Shown: piece after piece, positions 36,902-47,400 of the stretch
Position numbering within the stretch: position 1 is the first letter of the stretch
Layout: each line of letters begins with the position of its first letter
Source of the DNA: an uncultured Clostridia bacterium
GTDB lineage: Bacteria; Bacillota; Clostridia; Christensenellales; UBA1242
Length of the DNA: 64,000 nt
NCBI GenBank assembly: GCA_944372445.1
Contig: CALVZE010000002.1
Coordinates: forward strand, 37,175 to 101,174
Direction: 5' to 3'
Program-made: the position numbers and the translations under genes
The notes under the pieces: generated by a model
Database searches by the model: none
The model's input: only the letters and a program-made list of their open reading frames with translations
Told to the model about the DNA's origin: nothing

Positions 36902-39900
36902 ATGAGTAAAAATTTGTCTATCTTCAAATTGATATGTTATAGTTTAGCGGGAATTTTAGTTCTTTTTTGCGCCAATCTATTTAATTTTGCCAACGCGAAA
37001 AGTGAATATGACGGCGGAACTTTTGAAGAGTTCTATGCCGAAGTTATGGAGCTTTATTCAGAGTATGGTGATATAAATGAGGGTGAAAGTAAATCGATAA
37101 GTAAGGATGCTGTTGTTGAAGAAAATGGCGAAATTTATGTTGCGTCATCTCTATTGTCGAATAATGACGAGGTATCTATATTATCGGTCGAAGACGATTT
37201 AGTTTGTGTATCTAATTCTGACTATATTGTTGAAGAAAAAGAAGATAATTATGTTGTAAGCGAACCTTCTTATACCAATCGTATTATTGTATATTATGAA
37301 GGTGACTTGCCGACTTATAAAACTGACGCCTACGCTGAGGGACTAGGGTGGCATATTTATCAATATTCTTCACCTGATGCCACCATAGAGGCGTATGAAT
37401 ATTACAAAAATCTTTCCTATATCGATTTTGTTGATTATGACAGCGTGATAGCCGGCGATACGCAATCTAATAAGGTTACGGAAAATTCTTCCAAGGATTT
37501 TTTGTCTTGGGGTGCTTACTACACAGGTGTTGATGAATATCTTTCGTATTTATCATATATCTATGATGAAAGTGAGTTGGAGAGAGTTTATGTGCCTATA
37601 TTAGACAGCGGTATTAACACTTCTCACGACCTTTTTAAAGGGCGATATTCTAGTGTATATGGCAAAAACTTTACTAAAACAAATGCTAGCGGTTCGGTGG
37701 TTATGGATGATAATTTTGATGATGATGAAGGACATGGTTCTCACACTGCCGGAATTATTGCTGACCAAACGCTTGATAATGTTGTGCTAGTTCCTTGCAA
37801 AGTGCTTAAATCAAACGGCAAAGGCTCTGTGACTATGATTGTAACGGCTATTGAATATATCATAAGTTTGAAAGAAAGTAAAAACTTGAATATTCGCGTG
37901 ATGAACATGAGTTTAGGCGTAGAGAGCGAGGACGGCTCTCCTGTTCACAGTTCTTCTTTAGAAGCGATTATGGAAAAAGCACATGAGGCGGGTATTATGT
38001 CAGTTGTTTCGGCTGGAAATAGCCATAACAACACCTCGTCAAACGCACCTGCTAATATGACAGACGAAGTCATAGTTGTTTCTGCCCTTGACGAAAATTT
38101 ATATGTCGAGAATGGTTTAAGCATTGCAAGCTATTCTAATTATGGTTCTACTGTTGATATAAGCGCGCCAGGCACGCATATTTACAGTTCTTATTATCCA
38201 AATGACTATATGTATCTAGATGGAACATCTATGGCAGCTCCGCATGTTACGGCGGCGATAGCAAACTTGCTTTCTAATCCGTCTATCTCTTCCATGACAA
38301 ACGATGAGATAGAGAATTTACTCTATGAGAATGCTATTGACTTGGGCGATGAAGGCAAAGACATCTATTACGGTTATGGCTGTGTGAATATTGCAGATAT
38401 TGGCGTGGAAACTATTGGAGAAGTAACATTCAGCGTAAAAGAAAGCATGCCTACTGAGCCTATTAGTTTAAAACTAAACTATATTGGTTCTGACACTTAC
38501 AAAATTTACTATACGCTTGATGAAACAAGTCCGTCGCTTGATGATTATGTATATGAAACTCCGATTGAGATAAGTTCGACAACAAAAGTCACTGCGGTTG
38601 CGTTCTTGTTTAATAATGATGGCGATCTTGTTGCTAAGAGCAAAGTTAGTTCCATGACATATTATTTCAACAACGAAGATTTAGAAAGTAGTTATGTGGT
38701 CAGCGGAAATTATTTGTCTGGCACATTGAGTGAATACAACGGCATTTTGACGACATTGAAGGTTCCGTCAAAAATAAAGGGCGTTGCTATCACCAGCATC
38801 AGCGAGGGTGCTTTTGCTAATTCCAAAGTGGAAAATTTAACATTTGCCTCTCAAACCTTATTGATAGACAACCACGCTTTTTATGGACTTAGTTCTTTGA
38901 AAAGTGTGGCTGGTGAGGGTATAGTATCAGTGGGCGACTATGCGTTTGCTAACTGCTTTAATCTTACAAGCATAACATTAAATAACGCCTTCAATATAGG
39001 TGATAACGCGCTTAAAGGATGCACAAAACTGACAGATTTAGATTTGAGTAGTGCTAAGAATATTGGCGAAGGTGCGCTTGATGATTTGTCTTTAAACACT
39101 TTAAAACTTGGAGCAAACTTGCAAAGTTTAGGCACTTCCTATTACCATGCGAAAAGTATCTATGCATATTCTATAACGGGATTTGATGAAATTCTAAAAA
39201 ATTATACGGATGAATATATCTCTCTTGATATGCGATTTTTGAATTCCTATCCGTCAAGGCTCGTCTTTAAAAGTTCGGGTTCTGCCACTTTGACTTTGAC
39301 CTATTTTGCCAACAATATTAAAAATATTGACTATCGCTTTGCAAACACTAACAATTTTGCGAATATTTTTGGGCAAACAATAGAAGCGGAAGTTTCAACT
39401 AAAAGTTTGGGCAATGATATTTATGAAACAACCTTCACTTTTGATAATTTACTAGCGGGCAGTTACAGTTTTCAATTCTATATCTATGACAATTTTAATT
39501 ATGTGCTTTCATCAAATGTTATCAACGTGATTGTGCTTGTTGGAAGTGAAGAGGAATACAGTTTGTCTTTTGAAGAAGGCGAATTTGAAATCTTTATTGA
39601 CAATGTGAAAGTCGAAAATGGTTATACATTTTACAGTGATTTAAGTTATGATATTCAAATTGTGCCAACTGCGAGTTACTATATTTCAGAAGTGCTAGTG
39701 AATAATGAAAGTGTTGCTCTTGACAAAGACAATTCGTTTACAATAGACAATGTTACAGAAGATATACTTTTAACCGCCACTGTTTTAGAAATTGAAGAGT
39801 TTGACATTGCTTTCAATATTGCGGAAGGGGTGAATGTAATAGGAGAAAGTGGTAAGATTGAAGGGAATGCCACGGCAAAACGCAATAATACTTTTACATT

Positions 39901-40381
39901 TTCTGTATATTCCGAAGATGCATATAATATAACCTATGTGGAAATTGACGGAGTAAGGCAAGAAATAAAACGAAGTTACACTCTTGAAGGTGTCTTAGAC
40001 GACCATAAGATAGAAATAGGCGCGCAAATAAAAACATATTTAGTGACAATAAATTACGGAATTGGTGGCGTTGTGTCTGGACAAAATGCCGAAAGAGTAA
40101 ATTATGGCGATGATAAGACTATAAGTGTAGAGGCAGAAGATGGGTATAGCGTTAAGTCTGTGTATGTAAATGGCGAAGAAGTTGAAATTGTCGATGGCGC
40201 TATAACTTTAAATAACATAACAAGCGATATGACTGTTATAATACAATTTGAAAAAGAGGACACAGGTGTCTTTGAGGGCGTAAATTTGGTAATTTTTATC
40301 TTATTTTGTGCCACTCTTGGAATTATGCTTATAAGTATCTGTGTTTTAGTGTTGAAAAAAACTAATAAAAAGAAAATTTAG
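36902..40381 (+). CDS. secreted S8 (subtilisin-like) serine peptidase fused to BspA-type leucine-rich repeats, with a C-terminal TM anchor
   Basis: Signal peptide present. The catalytic triad motifs are LDSGINTSH, HGSHTAGII and GTSMAAPHVTAA. The middle has LRR units (ITSISEGAFANS..., VSVGDYAFANCFNLTSITL). The C-terminus has a hydrophobic helix followed by KKTNKKKI. Confidence 0.85.
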   Translation: MSKNLSIFKLICYSLAGILVLFCANLFNFANAKSEYDGGTFEEFYAEVMELYSEYGDINEGESKSISKDAVVEENGEIYVASSLLSNNDEVSILSVEDDLVCVSNSDYIVEEKEDNYVVSEPSYTNRIIVYYEGDLPTYKTDAYAEGLGWHIYQYSSPDATIEAYEYYKNLSYIDFVDYDSVIAGDTQSNKVTENSSKDFLSWGAYYTGVDEYLSYLSYIYDESELERVYVPILDSGINTSHDLFKGRYSSVYGKNFTKTNASGSVVMDDNFDDDEGHGSHTAGIIADQTLDNVVLVPCKVLKSNGKGSVTMIVTAIEYIISLKESKNLNIRVMNMSLGVESEDGSPVHSSSLEAIMEKAHEAGIMSVVSAGNSHNNTSSNAPANMTDEVIVVSALDENLYVENGLSIASYSNYGSTVDISAPGTHIYSSYYPNDYMYLDGTSMAAPHVTAAIANLLSNPSISSMTNDEIENLLYENAIDLGDEGKDIYYGYGCVNIADIGVETIGEVTFSVKESMPTEPISLKLNYIGSDTYKIYYTLDETSPSLDDYVYETPIEISSTTKVTAVAFLFNNDGDLVAKSKVSSMTYYFNNEDLESSYVVSGNYLSGTLSEYNGILTTLKVPSKIKGVAITSISEGAFANSKVENLTFASQTLLIDNHAFYGLSSLKSVAGEGIVSVGDYAFANCFNLTSITLNNAFNIGDNALKGCTKLTDLDLSSAKNIGEGALDDLSLNTLKLGANLQSLGTSYYHAKSIYAYSITGFDEILKNYTDEYISLDMRFLNSYPSRLVFKSSGSATLTLTYFANNIKNIDYRFANTNNFANIFGQTIEAEVSTKSLGNDIYETTFTFDNLLAGSYSFQFYIYDNFNYVLSSNVINVIVLVGSEEEYSLSFEEGEFEIFIDNVKVENGYTFYSDLSYDIQIVPTASYYISEVLVNNESVALDKDNSFTIDNVTEDILLTATVLEIEEFDIAFNIAEGVNVIGESGKIEGNATAKRNNTFTFSVYSEDAYNITYVEIDGVRQEIKRSYTLEGVLDDHKIEIGAQIKTYLVTINYGIGGVVSGQNAERVNYGDDKTISVEAEDGYSVKSVYVNGEEVEIVDGAITLNNITSDMTVIIQFEKEDTGVFEGVNLVIFILFCATLGIMLISICVLVLKKTNKKKI

Positions 40382-40438
40382 CGAAAAATAGTTTTATTTT
40401 TACTAATATGTATGATATAATAAATTTAGGAGGGGAAA

Positions 40439-41014
40439 ATGAGCACAGGTCTTATTGTTTTGCTTGCTGTTCTTGGTATCATAGTTCTTATCGGTATCAT
40501 CTTAGCCATTTGGATTTGGGTTCAATATAATGCATTCATTCGTTTAAGAAATAATGTGGACGAGTCATACTCAACTATGGATGTCTATATGAAAAAAAGA
40601 TATGACTTAATACCAAATCTTGTTGAAACGGTAAAGGGGTATGCTAAACATGAAGAAGCAACGCTAGAAGGTGTTATGCAGGCTCGCTATTCTTGTATGA
40701 ATGCATCGACAACTGCTGAGCGCGCTAAAAGCGAAAATATGCTTTCAGACACACTTAAATCATTGTTTGCAGTGACTGAGAACTATCCACAACTTCAAGC
40801 TAATCAAAACTTTTTGGACTTACAACAGACTCTTAAAACTTTGGAAGAAGAGATTTCAGTTTCTAGAAAGTATTATAATGGTTGTGTAAAAACTTATAAT
40901 ATTAAGCGTGAATCTTTTCCGACAAATATGATTGCTAAGTGGTTCAAGTTTGAAAAGAAAGAACTTTTTGAAATTGCAGAAGCTGAGAAAGTTGCTCCAA
41001 AAGTTCAATTCTAA
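40439..41014 (+). CDS. lemA: LemA family protein
   Basis: 191 aa with an N-terminal TM helix. YNAFIRLRNNVDESYSTMDVYMKKRYDLIPNLVETVKGYAKHE is the LemA core. Confidence 0.85.
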   Translation: MSTGLIVLLAVLGIIVLIGIILAIWIWVQYNAFIRLRNNVDESYSTMDVYMKKRYDLIPNLVETVKGYAKHEEATLEGVMQARYSCMNASTTAERAKSENMLSDTLKSLFAVTENYPQLQANQNFLDLQQTLKTLEEEISVSRKYYNGCVKTYNIKRESFPTNMIAKWFKFEKKELFEIAEAEKVAPKVQF

Positions 41015-41017
41015 GAA

Positions 41018-41048
41018 AAATCTCTATCAAAAAAGATAGAGATTTTTT
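41018..41048 (+). terminator. intrinsic terminator after lemA
   Basis: 11-bp stem aaatctctatc/gatagagattt with a 6-nt A loop, followed by a T-run. Confidence 0.75.
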
Positions 41049-41135
41049 ATGTTGTTTTTTCTAAATTTTTAGCAAATTTTTGATATTTTTTAAGTTTTAG
41101 ATTGTATTTTTCAATATTTTTCGTTTTTAAATTTT

Positions 41136-42548
41136 CTATTGAGCTTTCACGCGCTCTTCATTATCCTCAATTTCTTCAACTTTTAAAACTGAAACGCTTT
41201 TTATTTTTGTTTCATTAGTTGTTTCATTTTTACCGTCAGCCGAGTTTGAATCGTCAATTGTGTTTTCTATTTCCTTTTTACCGTTTTCGATATTTTCTTT
41301 AGTGTCATCCATTTTTTTATTTATATCATTCATGAGGTTTATTACTTCTTTTTTATCTTTCTCTATTTCTTTATTTTGGCAACCTTCACACTTTTCATCT
41401 TCATGGTTGTTTTTAGGAGTTTGAGGCATATCTATTTCGTTTGGATTTATTGTGTTATTAAGTTTGTCCTTTTTATCATATCTAAGGGAATTTTCTACTC
41501 CTTCTTTTAGTCTTTCTTCATTTATTAGTTTTTCTTCATCTTCATCCATTTCTATATTTACAGGTTCTAATAATCTATTATAATTGTTGGCGTTATAGAG
41601 ATTGTATGGATTAATTCCTTGATTAAACCTGTTCATGCCATAGTAGCCATTTCCATAAAAATAATTACCGTTAGCTAAACCATATCTCCCGTAGCCATAA
41701 GGGCGATAGGTGTCAATATTCCTTTTAAACGGCGCGTAGGTGTCAGTGTTTCTTATTGTGGTGTCAACGGGTTGTTCTTCTAGGCTATCTTCCGCTCTAT
41801 AAGTGTCTATATTCCTTTTTAATTTCCACTTCTTTTTATCGCTCTGGGTGTTTTCGTTAGTTTTGTCAGTTTCCACCTCAGTTTTTTCATTGTTTTCTAA
41901 ACTCGAATTTAAGTCGTTTTCAAGTTCGTTTTTCATGTTGTAATAATCATAATCCTCTATTCCCAATATTTCTTCCATGTCTTGTAATGTGTTTAAAATG
42001 TTGATATAGTAGGAGCAACGCGTGTTAGAGTTGCAGGTTATTTTGTTGAGTTTGGCGTTTACGCGTTCAATATTTCGTGAGGCGCTCTTTTTCATAGTGT
42101 TGTAGTTGCGATAGGTGGCGTTAAACTCGTTACTTGACCTTGCAACATTGTCGTTATAGTTCGAGAGATTGGCGGTTAAATCTTTTAACGCATTCAACTC
42201 TCCTTTTTTCAGCTTCAAATCTTCTTTTTGAAGATGTTTTTTTATTATGGCTGTCTTTCTTTGAATTTCATTTTTATAGAAGTTCTCAGTTTCAAGAGTG
42301 GCTTGTGCGCGCATAATATTGTTTTTGAATTGCTCGCATCTTTGTTCGTTGTCTATGCTGTCTAACTTTTCATTGTCAATTTCAACATCACTTGCGTTAA
42401 CACTTCTTACTGTGGCAATAGAGTTGTTTGTTTTGTCTAATTGGCTAGACAAATTAGTTTTTGTCATTGTGCTTGTGGAACTAGAACATCCCGCCATGGT
42501 AACACAAAGTAGTAAAGAAAGTGTCCCTAAAATTATTTTATTTTTCAT
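41136..42548 (-). CDS. lipoprotein with RN(I/T)DTY repeats and a Gly/Tyr/Asn-rich segment
   Basis: The start at 42548 follows a GGAGG SD. The lipobox reads LLLCVTMAGCSS. RNIDTYR occurs twice and RNTDTYAP once. A YGYGRYGLANGNYFYGNGYYGMN segment is present. Confidence 0.65.
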   Translation of the reverse strand: MKNKIILGTLSLLLCVTMAGCSSSTSTMTKTNLSSQLDKTNNSIATVRSVNASDVEIDNEKLDSIDNEQRCEQFKNNIMRAQATLETENFYKNEIQRKTAIIKKHLQKEDLKLKKGELNALKDLTANLSNYNDNVARSSNEFNATYRNYNTMKKSASRNIERVNAKLNKITCNSNTRCSYYINILNTLQDMEEILGIEDYDYYNMKNELENDLNSSLENNEKTEVETDKTNENTQSDKKKWKLKRNIDTYRAEDSLEEQPVDTTIRNTDTYAPFKRNIDTYRPYGYGRYGLANGNYFYGNGYYGMNRFNQGINPYNLYNANNYNRLLEPVNIEMDEDEEKLINEERLKEGVENSLRYDKKDKLNNTINPNEIDMPQTPKNNHEDEKCEGCQNKEIEKDKKEVINLMNDINKKMDDTKENIENGKKEIENTIDDSNSADGKNETTNETKIKSVSVLKVEEIEDNEERVKAQ

Positions 42549-42648
42549 AATCCCTCCAAATTTAACCTTAGTTTGTGTGAATATTAGGAGTTTATACTTT
42601 TTTTGTTTAAGTTTTTTATGGTTGGACAAAATTTATTATGAGGTTAAT

Positions 42649-43107
42649 ATGGACATAAAAGAACGAAATAAGGCTTATAACAAGTATGTAAATGCAAAGA
42701 TACCTAAGACTAGACCTTGGCCGACCCTTTTTAATTCCTTTTGGGTGGGTGGGCTTATATGCTTAATAGGTCAGGGTATAAATGATTTAATCTTGTATCT
42801 CTTTCCGAATGTTTCAGAAAGTTCTGCTTGGGCTTATACGCTTATTGTTTTAATTTTCCTTGCGTCACTTCTCACAGGCATAGGCGTTTATGATAAAATC
42901 GGCAGATTTGCAGGCGGAGGAACGATTGTGCCTATTACAGGATTTTCTAATTCGATTACAAGTCCTTCTGTGGAATTTAAAAGCGAGGGCATTATCTACG
43001 GAATTTGCGTCAAGATGTTCACAATTGCCGGACCAGTTATAGTTTTCGGCGTGCTATCTAGTGCGCTTGTAGGGCTTATTTACTACATTATTTATCTGTT
43101 TGTGTAA
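42649..43107 (+). CDS. spoVAC: stage V sporulation protein AC
   Basis: 152 aa from the ATG at 42649 (GAGG SD). PKTRPWPTLFNSFWVGGLICLIGQG and ...GGGTIVPITGFSNS are typical of SpoVAC. The track ORF from 42298 is a spurious N-terminal extension. Confidence 0.85.
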   Translation: MDIKERNKAYNKYVNAKIPKTRPWPTLFNSFWVGGLICLIGQGINDLILYLFPNVSESSAWAYTLIVLIFLASLLTGIGVYDKIGRFAGGGTIVPITGFSNSITSPSVEFKSEGIIYGICVKMFTIAGPVIVFGVLSSALVGLIYYIIYLFV

Positions 43108-43168
43108 TTCTTCTAAAATATTAAGTCATTTAAGGTTTGGTTTACAAGATTAACAAAATGAGGTGAGT

Positions 43169-43804
43169 ATGAAAAATGATACCATAAGATTTAAGCGTCA
43201 GCCAAAGATAATAGGCTCGTATTCCATTGTGGGACCGAAAGAAGGGCAAGGGAATTTTAAAGACTATTTTGATTACATTATGAAAAACGACCTGTTTGGC
43301 GAAAAAACTTTTGAAAAGGCAGAGCGCAAAATGATTGAAACGGCAATTACTGGTGCAATTCAGAAATCTAAACTAGGCATGAAAGATATAAATTTGCTTG
43401 TTGCTGGTGATCTATTAAATCAGATTATTTCTTCGTCATACGCGGCACGAGCTTTTAATTTTCCTTATTTAGGTGTGTATGGCGCTTGTTCCACAATGGC
43501 AGAAAGTATCGCAGTGGCATCTACGCTTGTCGATGGAGGATATTTTGAAAATGTTGTTTGTTGCACCGCTTCGCATTTTTCAACGGCAGAAAGGCAATAT
43601 CGCTTCCCGCTCGAACTTGGCAATCAGCGTCCTCCTGTCTCGCAATGGACGGTGACGGGCGCCGGCAGTTGCGTGCTTTCGCAAAAGGGCAAGGGTCCGC
43701 GCGTGACAATGGCAACATTCGGCAAGGTTATTGATTGGGGTGTGGTGGACGTCAATAATATGGGCGCCGCAATGGCACCTAAAATGGCTATAATAGGACC
43801 ATAA
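43169..43804 (+). pseudogene. spoVAD: stage V sporulation protein AD, truncated after about 204 conserved residues (full length is about 335 aa)
   Basis: It is conserved through LLNQIISSSYAAR, GACSTMAES and NMGAAMAP. The text then changes to KMAIIGP-stop at 43781-43804. No spoVAE follows. Confidence 0.7.
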
Positions 43805-43947
43805 CGGAGTGATACCGCCGTGAATATCTAATACAAAAAATCTATAATAGAAGGAGGTTTTATTGGTATCAAAAAAATTCAAAAAGTGGTTGAAATATGC
43901 CACTTTTTTGAAATTGATATGTTATAATGAAAGAGAGGTAAATTGTT

Positions 43948-44340
43948 ATGGCAAACATTAAAGTATTTGAAGATAAGAAAATTAGAACAGAGTGGGATGC
44001 TGAAAAAGAAGATTGGTGGTTTTCAGTCCACGACGTGGTGCAAGTGCTAAGCGATTGTAAAGATGTTAGAGACTATATCAAAAAAATGAGAAAGAGAGAT
44101 GAACAGTTGAATTTGAACTGGGGGACAATTTGTCCCCTTCACAATAAATCAACTTGCGGAACTTATTACAAAGACAATCTTGCAACAAGAAAAACCAGAA
44201 ACATTTGCAAAAAGTAAAGATGTTGCTAGGCGTGGTGGTAAAACAGACAAAATGTTAAAGACGAATTTGAAAAGATAATCTGCACAAGGTGGCGTCAAGT
44301 GTGAATGTAGCAAAAAAAATACTTGATACCAATCCAAAAG
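43948..44340 (+). pseudogene. Bro-N / DinD-like phage-associated gene, internally deleted and frameshifted
   Basis: The N-terminal IKVFEDKKIRTEWDAEKEDWWFSVHDVVQVL resembles the Bro-N/DinD family. The ORF stops at 44217, and the +1 frame continues QQEKPETFAKSKDVARRGGK..., which resembles the family C-terminus (from memory). Confidence 0.5.
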
Positions 44341-44423
44341 ATGATTGACAAAAGAACGGATAATATGATAAAAGAAAGGGTTAAATTTTGTATTATTGTT
44401 ATGTTCATTAACTTTATTGTTTA

Positions 44424-44452
44424 TTGACTTTTATTAAATAAATTGTTATAAT
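44424..44452 (+). promoter_or_regulatory. sigma-A-type promoter of the BspA-like gene
   Basis: TTGACT (44424-44429), a 17-nt spacer, then TATAAT (44447-44452). A GGGAGAAA SD precedes the ATG at 44471. Confidence 0.55.
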
Positions 44453-44470
44453 AAAATACAGGGAGAAAAT

Positions 44471-47400
44471 ATGGAAATAAAGAAATTTTTGATATATCCG
44501 TTAATTATTATTCTTATGGTGGTTGCTCCTATATTTTTGTTGACAGCTTGCGGTTCAACAAAATATATAGTAAAATTTGATTCGTGTGGAGGAAGTTATG
44601 TCGAAAACATCACAGTTGAAGAAGGAGAATTGATCGATGAACCAACCCCACCAACAAAAGATGGGTATGAATTTGGTGGATGGTATATAGATCAAGATTT
44701 TAATTATGAATTTAGATTTGCCGTTGATACCATAAATAAAGATACAACTCTCTATGCAAAATGGGATGAGCCAATAACTTATTATACGATAACATTCGAC
44801 ACTTGTGGCGGAACTGAAGTTGAAAGCCAAGTTATTGAAGCCGGAGCATTTTTGCAATACCTTAAAGCAACTCATAAAGAAGGTTATCATTTTGAAGGTT
44901 GGTATTATGATCAAATCTATACTAGACCTTTTTCAATATCAACTCCAATAAACTCTAGTTTTATCCTTTATGCTAAGTGGGAACTAGAAAGGGAAAATTA
45001 CTTAGTAAAATTTGATTCGTGTGGAGGAAGTTATGTCGAAAACATCACAGTTGAAGAAGGAGAATTGGTCGATGAACCAACTTCGCCAACAAAAGAAGGA
45101 TATGTTTTCATAGGTTGGTATCTTGATCAATGGTATAATAATATATTTAAATTTGATACCTACAAAGTTACAAATGATATTACACTTTATGCTAAATGGG
45201 AAAAACAAATTTCGTATTTCACAATCACTTTTGATTCTTGCGGTGGTAGTGTTGTTAATAACCAAATAATAGAAGAAGGTGGAAAAGTTTCTATTCCAAA
45301 TAATCCAATAAGAGAAGGATTTGAATTTGATGGTTGGTATACAAGCCAAGATTACAACGAACAGTTTAATTTTGAAACAATAATAAATACAAATATAACT
45401 TTATATGCAAAATGGTTGGATAAAAGTTTAACATATACTGTAACTTTCAACTCTATGGGAGGTAGCGAAGTTGCAAACCAAACTGTTTCAAATGGATCTT
45501 TATTACAAAGGCCACAAGATCCTGTGAAGGAAGATTTGTCATTTGATGGCTGGTTCAAAGATGAGAATTTTAGTGAAAGATTTGATTTTGAAACGGAAAA
45601 AATTACAAATAATATTACGCTTTATGCTAAATGGCTCGCACCCGATGAAATCTTTTCATTTAGCTTAACAAGTGATTATAGTTTTTATATTTTGACAAAA
45701 TATACAGGAACAGCAACAAGTGTTGTAATTCCTAGACTTTATAATGGACTACGCGTTAATGCAATAGGTGCTAATGCTTTTAAAGACAATGAATATATTG
45801 AATATATTGAAATTCCAAATACAGTAGAGATTATAAGGCAGTCAGCATTTGCTAATTGTACAAATCTTTCGTTAATCATAATTCCTGGAAATGTTAAAAA
45901 TGTGGAGCAAGATGCATTTAATGGATGCGTAAATTTAAAAAATGTTATTGTGCAATCAGGTGTAGAAAATCTTGGAGATCGAGTTTTTCAAGATTGTATA
46001 TCTTTGAATAATGTAAATTTAGAAAATGGTATTTTAAGCATCGGAGCAATGGCTTTTGATAATTGTTTGTCATTACAAACAATCACTTTGCCTAATACTG
46101 TTACATCCGTTGGACCAATGGCATTCAGACATGCAGAGGCAATGAAATCGGCTGTTTTATCAACAGGAATGACTGATATTTCCAATGCAATGTTTCAGTA
46201 TTGTATTAGCCTTAAAAGTATTGATATCTTAACAAATATCAAAAATATAGGAAACTCTGCATTTAGTTATTGCTACAAATTAGAAGATGTAAAATTCCTT
46301 GGCAAAATTTCAACAATGGGCAATTCTGCATTTTATGATTGCCGAAATATTGAAAATATTTATTGGGCATCAGAAAGCTCAGGAGATTATGGTGAAAATA
46401 ACTATATTTTTTACAATGGAGGAGTTGATTCAACAGGAATAGAATTGACAATATCTGCAAGTGCAAACATTCCTGTGGGACTTTTTAAGCCATATCAAAA
46501 TTCAAACATTCCTAAAATAACTAAAATTATCTTTGAAAATGGCACAGTTTCTATTACATCAAATGAATTTAAAGATATGCCTTATTTGCAAAATATTGTG
46601 GTTCCAGACACTGTAACAACAATAACGTCAGGAACATTTGATAATACACCATGGTGGAATGTCCAACCAGACGGACTTGTATATATTAATAATGTACTTT
46701 ATGCATATAAGGGGTATGCCCCAGTAGATGGAAATATTGTCATGAGAGACGATATAGTGTCAATCGCAAATGCTGTATTATCTGGTGTGAGTGGTATAAG
46801 AAGTTTGACATTACCATTTGTTGGGCAAACAGCGAATCCTGAAGGAGAGAACGGAAAGTTTGCATATCTCTTTGGTACAACAGAAAATATACCAGTTTCA
46901 TTAACAATTATTATAACAAATGTTACTCGAATCGCAGATGAAGCATTTGCAAATTGTAAAAATTTAACATCAATTAAACTACCAGATAGTGTGACAAGCA
47001 TTGGGGATTCAGCTTTTAGTGGTTGCACTGGTTTGACTTCAATTATAATTCCAGATAGTGTCACAAGTATTGGAAGATTAGCTTTTAGCGGATGTTCGTC
47101 TCTTGAAAGTATCACATTGCCATTTGTTGGAAGTTCAAGAGATGCTACAGGAGATGATGGAAAATTCATTTATGTTTTTGGAATGGCGTCAGCTTCATTA
47201 TCTACTGTTATTATCACAAATGCCACTCAACTTGTAGATGAAGCATTTGCAAATTGTAAAAATTTAACATCAGTAACAATTTCGAACAGTGTTACAAGTA
47301 TTGGGGATTCAGCTTTTAGCGGATGTTCGTCTCTTGAAAGTATAACATTACCATTTGTTGGAAGTTCAAGAGATGCTACAGGTGAGAATGGATTGTTTGG

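Noticed and set aside
42298-42648. N-terminal 117-codon extension of the SpoVAC ORF in the track
   Set aside because: The extension is antisense to the lipoprotein gene and is not conserved. The canonical SpoVAC N-terminus starts at the ATG at 42649, which has its own SD.
43580-44337. ORFs 43580..43903 (-), 43473..43655 (+), 43521..43718 (-) and 44149..44337 (-) around the spoVAD junction
   Set aside because: They are antisense or off-frame to the spoVAD and Bro-N remnants. They have no SD, and their Arg/Cys/His-rich translations are typical of non-coding frames in locally G+C-richer DNA.
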